Below the pieces are notes generated by a model. It searched no databases and was not told the origin of the DNA. It worked only from the letters and a program-made list of their open reading frames with translations. The position numbers and the translations under genes are program-made. This document shows, in pieces, positions 53,914 to 64,000 of a stretch of DNA of 64,000 nt. The stretch is from an uncultured delta proteobacterium. Its GTDB lineage: Bacteria; Myxococcota; UBA727; VGSZ01. Positions within the stretch are counted from its first letter, which is position 1, and every line of letters starts with the position of its first letter. The stretch is from assembly GCA_963775425.1 (NCBI GenBank), contig CAVZJB010000012.1, forward strand, positions 1 to 64,000. The letters run 5' to 3'.

Positions 53914-55167
53914 TCACCAGCGGTTGGCGACGCCGACAGGTTGGTCGTTGTCACTGTCGACGCCGAGGCGCCCCTCGTACTTGTGCAGCTCGGCGGAGAA
54001 GCCCGGCGGCTGCGCGCCGTCGGGCGCGCCGGTGTACAGCGTGTAGTCGCCGCGGGCGGGGTCGGGGTTGTAGACGTAGGGCGTGCCGTCGCCGCGCCGG
54101 CCCACGGTGATGAAGTGGCTGGGCGTGGTGTCCTCGTCGGTGCCGGTCACGCGCACGGTCATCGACTCGCCCGGGCCGAGCCTGGCGACGACGTCTTCGA
54201 GCGGGTGCCGTGCGTTGTAGTCGACGTCGACGCGCCGGGGGCTGCCGCCGCCGGCGGTGACCAGGCCCTGGAGCTCGTCGTCGTCGAAGCCGCTGTGGTC
54301 GTTGTCGACGGAGACGCCCCAGTACTGCCGGCTCGCGTCGCCGGGGTGCTGCGGATCGTCCTCGAGCTGCACGGTGACCGGCTTGCCCTCCGCCTTGGTG
54401 AGGAGGCGCGACAGCTCCGCCGGCTCCCCGGCCGCGAGCCCGCCGTTGTTGATGATGACGCGCTGGGTGAACGCCTTCACCCGCGCCTTCTCGGCGCGCG
54501 ACAGGCGCGGGCTGTGCTCCGCGCGGTACAGGGCCGCGTCGAGGTCGCCGCGGCTGTTGCCCGCCTTGTACAAGAGCGCCTGCGCCCGTGAGAGCTGCTC
54601 GAACGTGGCGCTCCTGCCGCCGACGGCGCCGGCAATCCCGCGCAGCTCGCGCTGCTCGGCCGCGCTGAGGCGCGCGCTGCCGGCGGCGTGCTCGAGGAAG
54701 CGCTGCGCGTTTTCGGGGCCCGCCATCAGCGCGCCGCCGAGGAGGTTCGAGGGCCCGCAGCGGTCATCGGCGTTGCCCGCGTGGATGGAGCCGTGCGCGG
54801 CGTGCTGCGTGAGGCGGCCGACGATGCGCTCGGGGTGGTCCCAGTCGCCGCGCGGGATGCGCCCCGAGGCGCTGCGCAGGTGTGTGGCGGCGCCGTTCAA
54901 GCCCTTGCCGGAGTCGTGCGGCGCCGCGCCGCGGCCCATGCGCGCGTTCTCCGAGGAGATGGTGGCGCTCAGGACCGGGTCCGTGGTCTCGGGCACGAGC
55001 GAGGTGTGCCCCACGCGCGCCCGATCGAGCGGCGTCTGCGTGACCTGGTTCCCTGCGGCGAACGCGTCGCCGTCGCCCGCCTCCGCCTCCGCCTCCTCGA
55101 GCGGCGCGGCGGCCTCGCCGGAGACGCCCTTCACCGAAGTCGCGCGCGGGCCGCTGATGCGTGTCAT
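53914..55167 (-). CDS. Hypothetical protein with putative papain-like Cys-His-Asn/Asp triad
   Basis: AGGGGG RBS before MTRISGPR; LTQH...DRCGPSNLL; SHFITVG; YVYNPDP. Confidence 0.65.
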   Translation of the reverse strand: MTRISGPRATSVKGVSGEAAAPLEEAEAEAGDGDAFAAGNQVTQTPLDRARVGHTSLVPETTDPVLSATISSENARMGRGAAPHDSGKGLNGAATHLRSASGRIPRGDWDHPERIVGRLTQHAAHGSIHAGNADDRCGPSNLLGGALMAGPENAQRFLEHAAGSARLSAAEQRELRGIAGAVGGRSATFEQLSRAQALLYKAGNSRGDLDAALYRAEHSPRLSRAEKARVKAFTQRVIINNGGLAAGEPAELSRLLTKAEGKPVTVQLEDDPQHPGDASRQYWGVSVDNDHSGFDDDELQGLVTAGGGSPRRVDVDYNARHPLEDVVARLGPGESMTVRVTGTDEDTTPSHFITVGRRGDGTPYVYNPDPARGDYTLYTGAPDGAQPPGFSAELHKYEGRLGVDSDNDQPVGVANRW

Positions 55168-55366
55168 CGTCGTCCCCCTGTGGAGGGGATGAGCATAGTA
55201 CGTGGCTCCGTCGTGGCGCGGGGAAGTGGCGTATTGACCCTCGGGACCGCCGCCGAACGGGATTCCTTCTGCGGCGCGCGCGAGGCCATCGGGTTCGGGT
55301 CTACAATGATCACCCGCGCGGGCGTCATGGTCGACGCGCGGAGGGCGTAGGCGGGGAGGGGGACCG

Positions 55367-55999
55367 ATGAAGATCGCCTTGTTCGGAGCGAGCGGAAAGA
55401 CCGGCGCACAGGTCTTGAAGCTCGCGCTCGCCGCCGGCCACGACGTCACCGCGCTCGTGCGCGACCCCGCCGCGCTCGTCGGGATCGCCGGCGTACATAT
55501 CCTGAAAGGCACCCCCACCGACGCCGACGACGTCGACCACGCCATGGTCGGCCGCGACGTGGCCATCAGTTGTGTGGGTTCGCGCACCCTCAGCGAGAAC
55601 ACCACGCGCTCGGAGACCGCGCAGAACCTCGTGGCCGCGGCCAAGAAGCACGGCGTGAAGAAGATCATCTTCCTGTCGGCGGTGGGTGTCGGCGACAGCG
55701 CCGCGCAGGCCAAGCGCTCCTCGCGCATCTTCGGCTACGTCATCATGCCGCTCGTGTTGAAGGCCAACTACGCCGACGCCGAGAAGGCCGAAAACATCCT
55801 CCGCGAAAGCGGCGTGCCCTTCGTGATCACGCGACCCGTGGGGCTCACCGACGACGACGCCAAGGACGACGTCGTCGCCGTCACGGACCTCTCCGCGAAG
55901 CTCGCGCGCGCATACATGAGCCGCGCCGACGTCGCCGCCTGGATGCTCGCCCGCGCCGCCGACGACGCCTACGACCGCGAGGCCGTCTCCATCTACTGA
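55367..55999 (+). CDS. NAD(P)H-binding oxidoreductase (flavin reductase/NAD_binding_10-like)
   Basis: MKIALFGASGKTG...HDVTALVRDP; DAEKAENIL; ITRPVGLTD; SRADVAAWML. Confidence 0.9.
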   Translation: MKIALFGASGKTGAQVLKLALAAGHDVTALVRDPAALVGIAGVHILKGTPTDADDVDHAMVGRDVAISCVGSRTLSENTTRSETAQNLVAAAKKHGVKKIIFLSAVGVGDSAAQAKRSSRIFGYVIMPLVLKANYADAEKAENILRESGVPFVITRPVGLTDDDAKDDVVAVTDLSAKLARAYMSRADVAAWMLARAADDAYDREAVSIY

Positions 56000-56126
56000 C
56001 CGCGACGCCCTGCGTCGCGACCCCCGGGCGCGAGGTGCTTGGGGCTCCACGGGCAGGGCAAAACTTTTTGCCCGAGGCACGCGGCTGCGCACGCGCTAAC
56101 GTGACGGCCCTTCGACGGAGATCGAC

Positions 56127-59100
56127 ATGAGGCTGCCCCACGTGTCCGGCGCCGGCGCCGCGCGCACTCTCGCCCTGTTCTGCAGCTCGCTCGCGGTGAT
56201 CGTGGCGGCGTCGTGCGCGCCGACGAACCCGTTCGACCCGAACGCGCCCGCGGAGCTGCAGGCCAAGGCGGCGCTGTCGGGGCGGGTGGTGCTCGTGAAC
56301 CCCGAGGCGGACGACGCCACGCTGGTGCGCGACCTGTCGGCGGCGCGCATCGGGCTCCTCGACGACACGGGCGCGCGGGTGCAGCAGGGCGGCGGCGACC
56401 TCGACGTCCCGCTCAAGGACGTCACCAAGGACGGCGGCGCGCTGTTCGTCGATCAGCTCCTGCCGGGGACGTACACGCTCGTCGTCGAGAACCTCTCGGC
56501 GTACGCGGCGCCGGCGCTGGCGCCGGTGCGCTTGTTGCCGGGCGCGGCGGCCGACGTCGGCGATCTGGTGTTCACGCTCAACGAGCAGGCGGGCCCCGGC
56601 CCCGGCGCCATCACCGGCGACGTCGCGGTGTCGACGGGCGGCGCGCAGCGCAAGGTGTCCTTGTTCCGGAAGAGCGGCGCCGGCGTGGTGCTGCAGGCGA
56701 GCACGGTCACCGACGGGAGCTTCGAGTTTCAGGGCCTGAACCCCGGGACGTACGCGGTGGTGGCGGAGGCGTCGGGCTACACGAGCGACTACCGGCTCGA
56801 CCTCGACGTCGGCGAGGGCGACGGCGCGGCGTTGGCGTTCGACTTCTCGGGCGCGGACGCGTTGAACCTGTTCCCGGTGACGGCGGTGCTGGCGCCGCAG
56901 CCTTCGCCGAGCACGCTGCTCGACGAGGGGACGTTCTTCGTCTCGTCGGACACGGTGTCTTTGGCGGTGCTGGCGTTCGGCGGCGTGACGTCGATGCGCT
57001 TGTCGACCAACGCGGAATTCCTCGACGACACGGGGGCCGATCTGGCCTTCGTCCCATACGCGGCGGCGGCGGAGCAGGCGCTGCCCGACGTGCAGGGGCC
57101 GGTGACGGTGTTCGCGCAGTTCCAGGCGGCGAGCGCGGGCGGCTTCGTGTTCACGTCGGACACGTTCACGACGACCATCGTGCGGGACACCACGCCGCCG
57201 GAGGTGGTGGACGCCACGTTCGTGGGGCTCCCGCAAGACGGCGACAACTTCCTGGCCAACATCCAAAACGGCGGCGGCACACCCGCGCTGCGCATCGACG
57301 CGCAGGACGGCGTGAGCGCGGTGGCGGGCGTGGCGGTGGTGGTGGCGGACGCGGACGCGGCGCCGGCGGTGCCGGACACGTTCGACGACGTCACGAGCAA
57401 CGGCGGCCTCGTGCGCATCGATCGCGCGGTCCCGCTCGGGACGGACGGGCAGCACTTCGTGTTCGTGTTCGTGCGCGACCGGGCGGGCAACGTGTCGACG
57501 CCCGCGCGGCTGCCGGTGCTGCTCGACCGCACGGCGCCGGACGTGCCGCTGGCGGTGGACAACGCCGTGGCGGGCGTGCTCGACACGCGCGTGGCGCAGT
57601 TGCGCTTCGACACGTCGTCGTCGTCGTCGGACCTGCCGGTGGCGATGCAGAATCTCGGCGGGGACGGTGTCGCCGAGCGCGGAGATCGTGCCGTTTTCCC
57701 AGACGGCGACGGTGCTGGTGCCGGCGACGTTCGCGCACGACCAGGACGTGGCGTTCGAGGCGCGGCTCATCGACGCGGCGGGCAACGCGAACGTGGTGCG
57801 CAGCCTCGACGTGCACCTGTCGCTGCTGTCTCGGGTGACGGGCGTGGTGTCGTTCGAGGGTGTGCCCGAGGTGGTCGCCGACGGGGCGGGCGCCACGGTG
57901 TCCATCGTGGACGCGACGGGCGCGCCGGTGGCCGGGGCCACGGGCACCACGGACGCGACGGGGGCGTACGCGCTCGCGGGAATTCCCGAGAACACCGGCG
58001 TGTTCGTCGACGTCGCGCGCGACGGCTGGGCGGCGGCGCACGTGCGCTTGCCTGTGTTGCCGACGCTGACGGCGGCGGAGGCGCCGACGGCGCTCGACCC
58101 GGTGACGCTGCCGCTGTTGCGCGGCTCGCTGACGGGCGTGTTCCGCCGCAGCGACCTCGCCGCCGACAACGCGGCGCACGCGGGCATCGTGGTCACGGCC
58201 ACGCTGCAGAGCGCGGACCGCACGTTCACGACGTCGACGGTGACGGGCCCCGACGGCAGCTACGCGCTGCGCGACCTGCCGGTGACGCGCGCGGACGAGA
58301 GCTACGGGCTCGAGGCGCGGCACGACGACTACGGCTCGGCCACGGCGACGGCGGCGGTGTTGCCGGGGACGCTGTCGCCGGTGAACCCCGACGCGTCGGG
58401 GATCCCGCAGCCGGTGCTGCTGCCGAAGAACACGGGCGACTTCGACGTGTGCACGGTGTCGGGCGCGTGCGTGTCGACGACGTTCTTCAAGGACGCGGTG
58501 GTGCGCGTGAAGGTGCGTGACACCACCAACGTCACGGAGATCAGGGCGCAGGCGCGCACGGCGTTCCTCGCGGGCGACGCGAACCCGCCGTTTCAGGCGT
58601 TCCCGTCGGCGAACGACTTCACCGTCGACATCTCGGGGGCGGACGGGCTCGTCGACCTCTTCGTGCAGGTGAAGAAGGCGGACGGGTCCACGAGCGAGGT
58701 GCTGTCGGCCACGGTGGTGCGCGACACGGTGCCGCCGGTGCTTCAAGAGGTGAAGCGGCTCACGGCGGCGGGCGCGCTCGACCCGCGCTTTTCGAAGAAC
58801 AACTTCGTCGACGTGCAGATCGACGCGGACCCGGGCACGGGCACGGTGGCGCCGCTCGCGCCGGCGCGCATCGCCATCCTCCCCGACGACGGCAGCGCGG
58901 CGCCGGTGGACCCGCCGGGCGCGGCGTCGTCGTGCCCGCCGGGCACCACGTGCCGCGTGCAGCTCCCGGGCGCGGCGACCAACACCGTGGCCGAGGCGCT
59001 CCACCGCATCGCGGGCTGGGCCTGCGACGCCGCGGGCAACTGCAGCGCGCCCGAGGAGAGCTTCGTGATCCACGACCAGACGCCGCCGTCGGCGGCGCAC

Positions 59101-62100
59101 GGCGCGGGCTTTTCGATCACGGGCGCGGCGGCGGTCTCCGCGGGCGTGTCGCTGCTGCGCTCGCCCTTGTACGGCATCTCCCTCGACGTGGGCGCCGCGC
59201 AGGACGCGGGCGGCGGCGCGGTCGTCGACGAGACGGGCGCCGCGGTGGCGGACGTGTACGCGTCGCGCTTTTCGTTCGCGGAGTCCACGTTCGACGCCAC
59301 GGTGCGCGCGCTCGATCCGGCTCCGTCGGCTTCGGCGTCGCGCACCGACGTGACGGTGCCGGCGCTGCCCGCCGTCGACGGGGACTACCGCGTGTTCGGC
59401 GAGCTGTTCGACGCGGCGGGCAACGCGACCATCGTGGAGCCGAACGCGTTCTTCCAGGACCTGCGGCTCGACACGCAGGCGCCGGTGGTGTCCTTCGTCG
59501 TGGCGGGCGGCGCCGACGTCGTCGACAGCGGCACGGTGTCCGTGGACGTGGTGGTGCCGTCGGGCGGCGAGGTGCCCGCGCGCATGGACCTCGCGGCGGA
59601 CGGCGGGCTGTTTCAGACGGGCGTGGTGACCAAGACCTTCCCGCTCGACCCCGCGGGCGAGACGTTCACGCTGCCGGCGAACGGCGACGGCAGCTACACG
59701 GTGTTCGCGCGCATCTTCGACGCGGCGGGGAACGTGATCGAGCGCTCTGACACGGTGCTGCTCGACACCACGCCGCCGTCCATCGTGCTCGCGAGCTGCT
59801 TGAGCTGCACCGCGAGCGGCGGCCAATTGTTCACGAGCAACGCCAACGCGCAGCTCAGCGTGGTGGCGAGCGACGTCGCCGCGGGCGGCGGGAGCGGGGC
59901 AGGGGCCGACGGCAGCGGCGTGTCTTCCCTGGAGATCGACGTCGAGGACGCCAACAACGCGGCCAACGCCACCACGCAGACGGTGCCGTTCAACGGCACG
60001 GCGTCGGTGGCGCTGTTCCCCGACACGCAAAACGTGATCACCCTGCGGGGCATCGATCGCGCGGGCAACACCACGGGCGCGGGCGGCGCGCTCTCGTTGA
60101 CGGTGGCGCACGACGACCGCGCGCCGGTGCTGTCGAAGGTGGAGCTCGCCGACGGCGCGGCGACGACATCGTCGACGCAGGTGGTGCTGCGCGTGGACGC
60201 CTCCGACGCCGAGACCGCGGTCACGCGCATGCGCGTGTCGCCCACGCTCGACTTCTCCACGGCGGTGGCCACCGAGCTGCGCGCGGTGGACTTCGTGGAC
60301 CTCACCGGCGCCGACGGCAGCAAGCAGGTGTGCGTGCAGGTCGAGGACGCCGCAGGCAACACCGCCGCCGACTGCGACACCGTCACGCTCGACCGCGCCG
60401 CCCCCGTGGGCGCCGTCGACGTCACGCCGCTCGTCACCGCCGCCACGTCGGTGCCGGCGGTGCTCACGTACCCGGCCGACACCGCCGAGGTGGCGGTGGC
60501 GCCGGGGGCGCTCGCGTGCTCCGGGGCGACGTACGTGGCGGCCACGGGCTCGCCGCAGACGGTCACGGTGGACCTCGACGGCGGCGACGGCACCGTTCGC
60601 GTCTTCGCCTGCTTCAAGGACGCCGCGGGCAACTTCAGCGCCACGCCGGTGAGCGACACCGTGGTCGTCGACCGCACGGCGCCGGCGGCGAGCGTCCTCG
60701 TCGACGGCGGCGCGGAGTTCACGCTCGACGAGCAGGTGGGCGTCGCCGTCACGGTCGCCCCGGCGGCGGACGCGGCGCAGCTCGCGCTGTCTGCGGACAC
60801 GGCCATCGACTGCTCCACGGCGACGTACCAGGCCTTCGTGTCGCCGCAGACGGTGACGCTCGCGCTCACCGAGGGCGTGCACACCATCTTCGCGTGCGTC
60901 AAAGACGCCGCGGGCAACACCACCGCCGCGCCTTCGAGCGACAGCATCTTCTTCGACCGCGCCGACCCCACCGGCAGCGTGCTCATCGAGGGCGGCGCCG
61001 CGCTCACGCGGAACAGCACCGTCGGCGTGGACATCACGCGCTCGTCGGACGTGGTGTCGATGGCCGTGAGCGCCGGCGCGCTCAACTGCGCCACCGCCAC
61101 CTACGAGGCGTTCACGTCGGTGCGCGCGGTGGCTCTCGCGGCGCCCGACGGGCTCAAGACCGTGAGCGTGTGCCTCAAGGACGCCGCCGGCCGCACGGCG
61201 CTGTTCTCCGACGACATCACGCTCGACACCAAGCCGCCGCTCGCCTCCATCGTCATCAACGGCGACGCGGCCACCACGTCGTCGCCGAGCGTCACCGTCA
61301 ACGCCACCTTCGACGCCGACGCCGTCGAGATGGCGCTCGCGGCGTTCCCGCTCGACTGCGCGAGCACGCCCTACGGCACCCTCGCCACCGACACGCCCTT
61401 CGACCTCCTCGCCACCAGCGGCGCCGCCACGGTGTTCGCGTGCTTCCGTGACGCCGCGGGCAACACCACCGCCGCGAGCGACAGCATCATCCTCGAGCAG
61501 GCCTCGAGCGGCACGCTCGTCGTCGCCATCAACGGCGGCGCCACCGCCACCACCACGAGGAACGTCACCGTCTCGCTCGTGGGCCCGTCCGACGCCGACC
61601 AGATGAAGGTCGCCGAGGCCGCCACGCTCGACTGCAACGATCCCGTCGGCTACGAGGCGTTCGCCACCACCAAGGCGCTCACCCTGGCGGCCGGCGGCGC
61701 CGCGCCCGCCGAGGGCTCGCGCACGGTGTCTGCGTGCGTGAAGACCACGTCGTCGCAGACCTTGTTCTCGCAGGACAGCATCCTGCTCGACACCTTCGCG
61801 CCGAGCGGCTCGGTCGTCATCGAGGGCGGCGCCGCCGTCACGCGCACGGCGGACGTGACCTTGAGCATCACCAAGGACGCGGACTCGAGCGACGTGCATC
61901 AGATCGGCGTGTCGTCGTCGTCGGCCACGGCGTGCCAGAACTTCGAGGCGTTCGTCACCACCAAGACCTTCACGCTCGGCGGCGCCGACGGCGGCAAGTC
62001 GGCCTTCGTGTGCCTGCGCGACGACGCGGGCAACACCACCGTGGTCACCGACGACATCACGCTCGACCGCGCGGCGCCCTCGCCGGTGCTCGTCGACGTG

Positions 62101-64000
62101 CCGGACTTCTCCACGGCCACGAGCATCACGGCGAACCTGACCTTCCCCGCGGCCGACACCGCGCAGGTGGCGGTGGCCGAGGGCGCGCTCGACTGCGCGT
62201 CGACGGCGGCGTACGTGCCGGCGAGCGCCACGGCCACGGTGAGCCTGTCGGCCAGCGAGGGCAGCAAGGTGATCGTGGCGTGCTTCAAGGACGCCGCGGG
62301 CAACACCTCGCAGGCCTCCGACGTCACCACGCTCGACCTCGTCGCGCCCGCGGGCAGCGTCGTCGTCAACGGCGGCGCGGTGGCCACCACCGCGCGCGAC
62401 GTCACGCTCACCATCTCGGCCAGCGCCGACGTCGACCGCATGGCCCTGATTGAGTCGGCGAGCACGCCGGACTGCGACACGGCCACCTACGTGGCGTTCG
62501 TGCAGCAGCCGGCGTTCACGCTGTCGTCGGGCGACGGCGACAAGAGCGTGCAGGTCTGCCTGCAGGACCGCGCCGGCCGCAAGGCGGCCGCGGTGCCGGA
62601 CAGCATCCGCCTCGACCAGGGCGCGCCCGACGGCTCCGTCGTCGTCAACGGCGGCGACGCCTTCACCAACCGCCGTGACGTCATCCTCACGGTGGCGCGA
62701 AACGCCGGCAGCGAGGACGCGAGCCTCATGGCCGTGGGCGAGGGCGCGCTCGTGTGCAACGCCGCCAACCTCGTCTACACCGCGTTTCAGCCCACCGTGC
62801 CCTTCACCGTCTCCACCGGCGACGGCACGAAGACCGTGTCTTTGTGCCTGAAGGACGGCGCCGGCAACGTGAGCACCACCACGCGCCAGGACACCATCAC
62901 GCTCGACACCTCGCCGCCGTCGGGGTCCACCGTCAGCATCGCCAACGACGCCGCGTTCACCACCAGCGCCACCGTCACGCTCACGCTCACCTTCCCCGGC
63001 GACGTCACCGGCGTCGCCGTCGGAAACGACGGGCTCGATTGCTCGTCGGCCACGTACGCGGCGCCCGCGTCGACCATCTCGGGCCACGCGCTCACGCCCG
63101 GCGACGGCGAAAAGACCGTGGCCGCCTGCTTGAAGGACGGCGCGGGCAACACCTTCCTCGCCGTGGACACCATCGTCCTCGACACCGTGGCGCCCTCCGC
63201 GGCCGACAGCTCGCTCGCCATCAACGGCGGCGCCGCCAACACCACCTCGCGCGACGTCAGCCTCGTGTTCACCGCGCCCTCCGACGTGCACCAGGTGGCG
63301 GTCTCCGAGTCCGCGCTCAACTGCGCCACCGCCACGTACGGCGCGCTGTCGTCGCCGCTGCCGTTCACCCTCGCCTCCGGCGGTGACGGCACAAAGACCG
63401 TGAACGCGTGCTTGAAGGAGGACGCCGGCCGCACCGTCGCGCTCACCGACACCATCGTCCTCGACACCACGCCGCCCACGGCGACCACGTTCACCATCAA
63501 CGGCGTCACGAGCCCCGTCACCAACAACCCCGCCGTCACCGTCGCCGTCGCTGCCAGCGCCGACGTCACCGGCATGGCGATCCAAAACGGCGCGCTCGAC
63601 TGCACCACCGCGAGCTACGGCCCCTTCACCTCGCCGGTGCAATTCACCGTCGCCGGCGCGAGCCCCGTCACCGTGTCTTTGTGCTTGCAGGATCGGGCGG
63701 GCAACACGTCGGTGACCGGCGCCAACACCCGCGACGTCGTCCTCGACACCACCGCCCCCGGCGGCAGCGTCTCCATCAACGGCGGCGCCGCCTTCGCCAC
63801 CAGCCGGAACGTCACGCTCACGCTCGACACCTCGCCCCCCGAGAGCGGCCTGCAAAAGGCGGTCGCCAACGACGCCGTCGACTGCACGAGCGCCACCTTC
63901 AGCGCGCTCGGCGCCGTGCCGGCCACCGTGGCGCAGACGCTCTCGGGCGGCGACGGCACAAAGACGGTCTTTGTCTGCTTCAAGGACCCCGCGGGCAACG
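56127..64000 (+). CDS. Giant surface lipoprotein with carboxypeptidase-regulatory-like and many Ig-like repeats; frameshift at about 57651; runs off the window
   Basis: Lipobox VAASC followed by NPFDP. Removing one A in CAGAATC 57648-57654 opens a frame to the window end, with repeats C.KDAAGN...D.I.LD...P.GSV.INGGA..T. Confidence 0.88.

Noticed and set aside
57391-63855. 2154 aa minus-strand ORF
   Set aside because: Antisense shadow of the giant plus-strand gene. High GC suppresses stops and the translation is Arg/Gly-rich with no motifs.

Overview
A very GC-rich bacterial chromosomal segment. Gene content and style (sigma54 response regulator, Cys-rich lipoproteins, Ser/Thr kinase-ATPase-TPR protein, giant Ig-repeat surface protein) suggest Myxococcota or a related deltaproteobacterial lineage; this is an inference. 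Several genes carry single-base frameshifts typical of long-read assembly error, and four share the same CAGATC->CAGAATC change. The left end (1-11844) is a co-directional locus resembling an atypical Tc (ABC) toxin complex: the 3' part of a TcA-like gene, a Cys-rich secreted protein, a fibre-like adhesin with a C-type-lectin/FGE-like tip, and a signal-peptide-bearing TcB-TcC (SpvB/FG-GAP/Rhs) fusion with a hydrophobic cargo and no immunity gene. The middle holds a dispersed ISC Fe-S system (iscS-iscU-iscA ... hscB ... hscA-fdx) headed by a Cys-tailed MerR-family regulator with a palindromic operator instead of IscR. The right part has cell-wall-active and protease-like proteins without signal peptides, a stand-alone atpD-atpC pair, a di-heme peroxidase/MauG-family protein and a giant surface lipoprotein running off the window. 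Intergenic gaps contain GTAG-type REP-like palindromes, three IS1182-derived remnants that each abut a host TGA stop, and short scraps of unrelated genes. No rRNA, tRNA or CRISPR array was recognised. All family assignments are from motif recognition by eye, not database searches.
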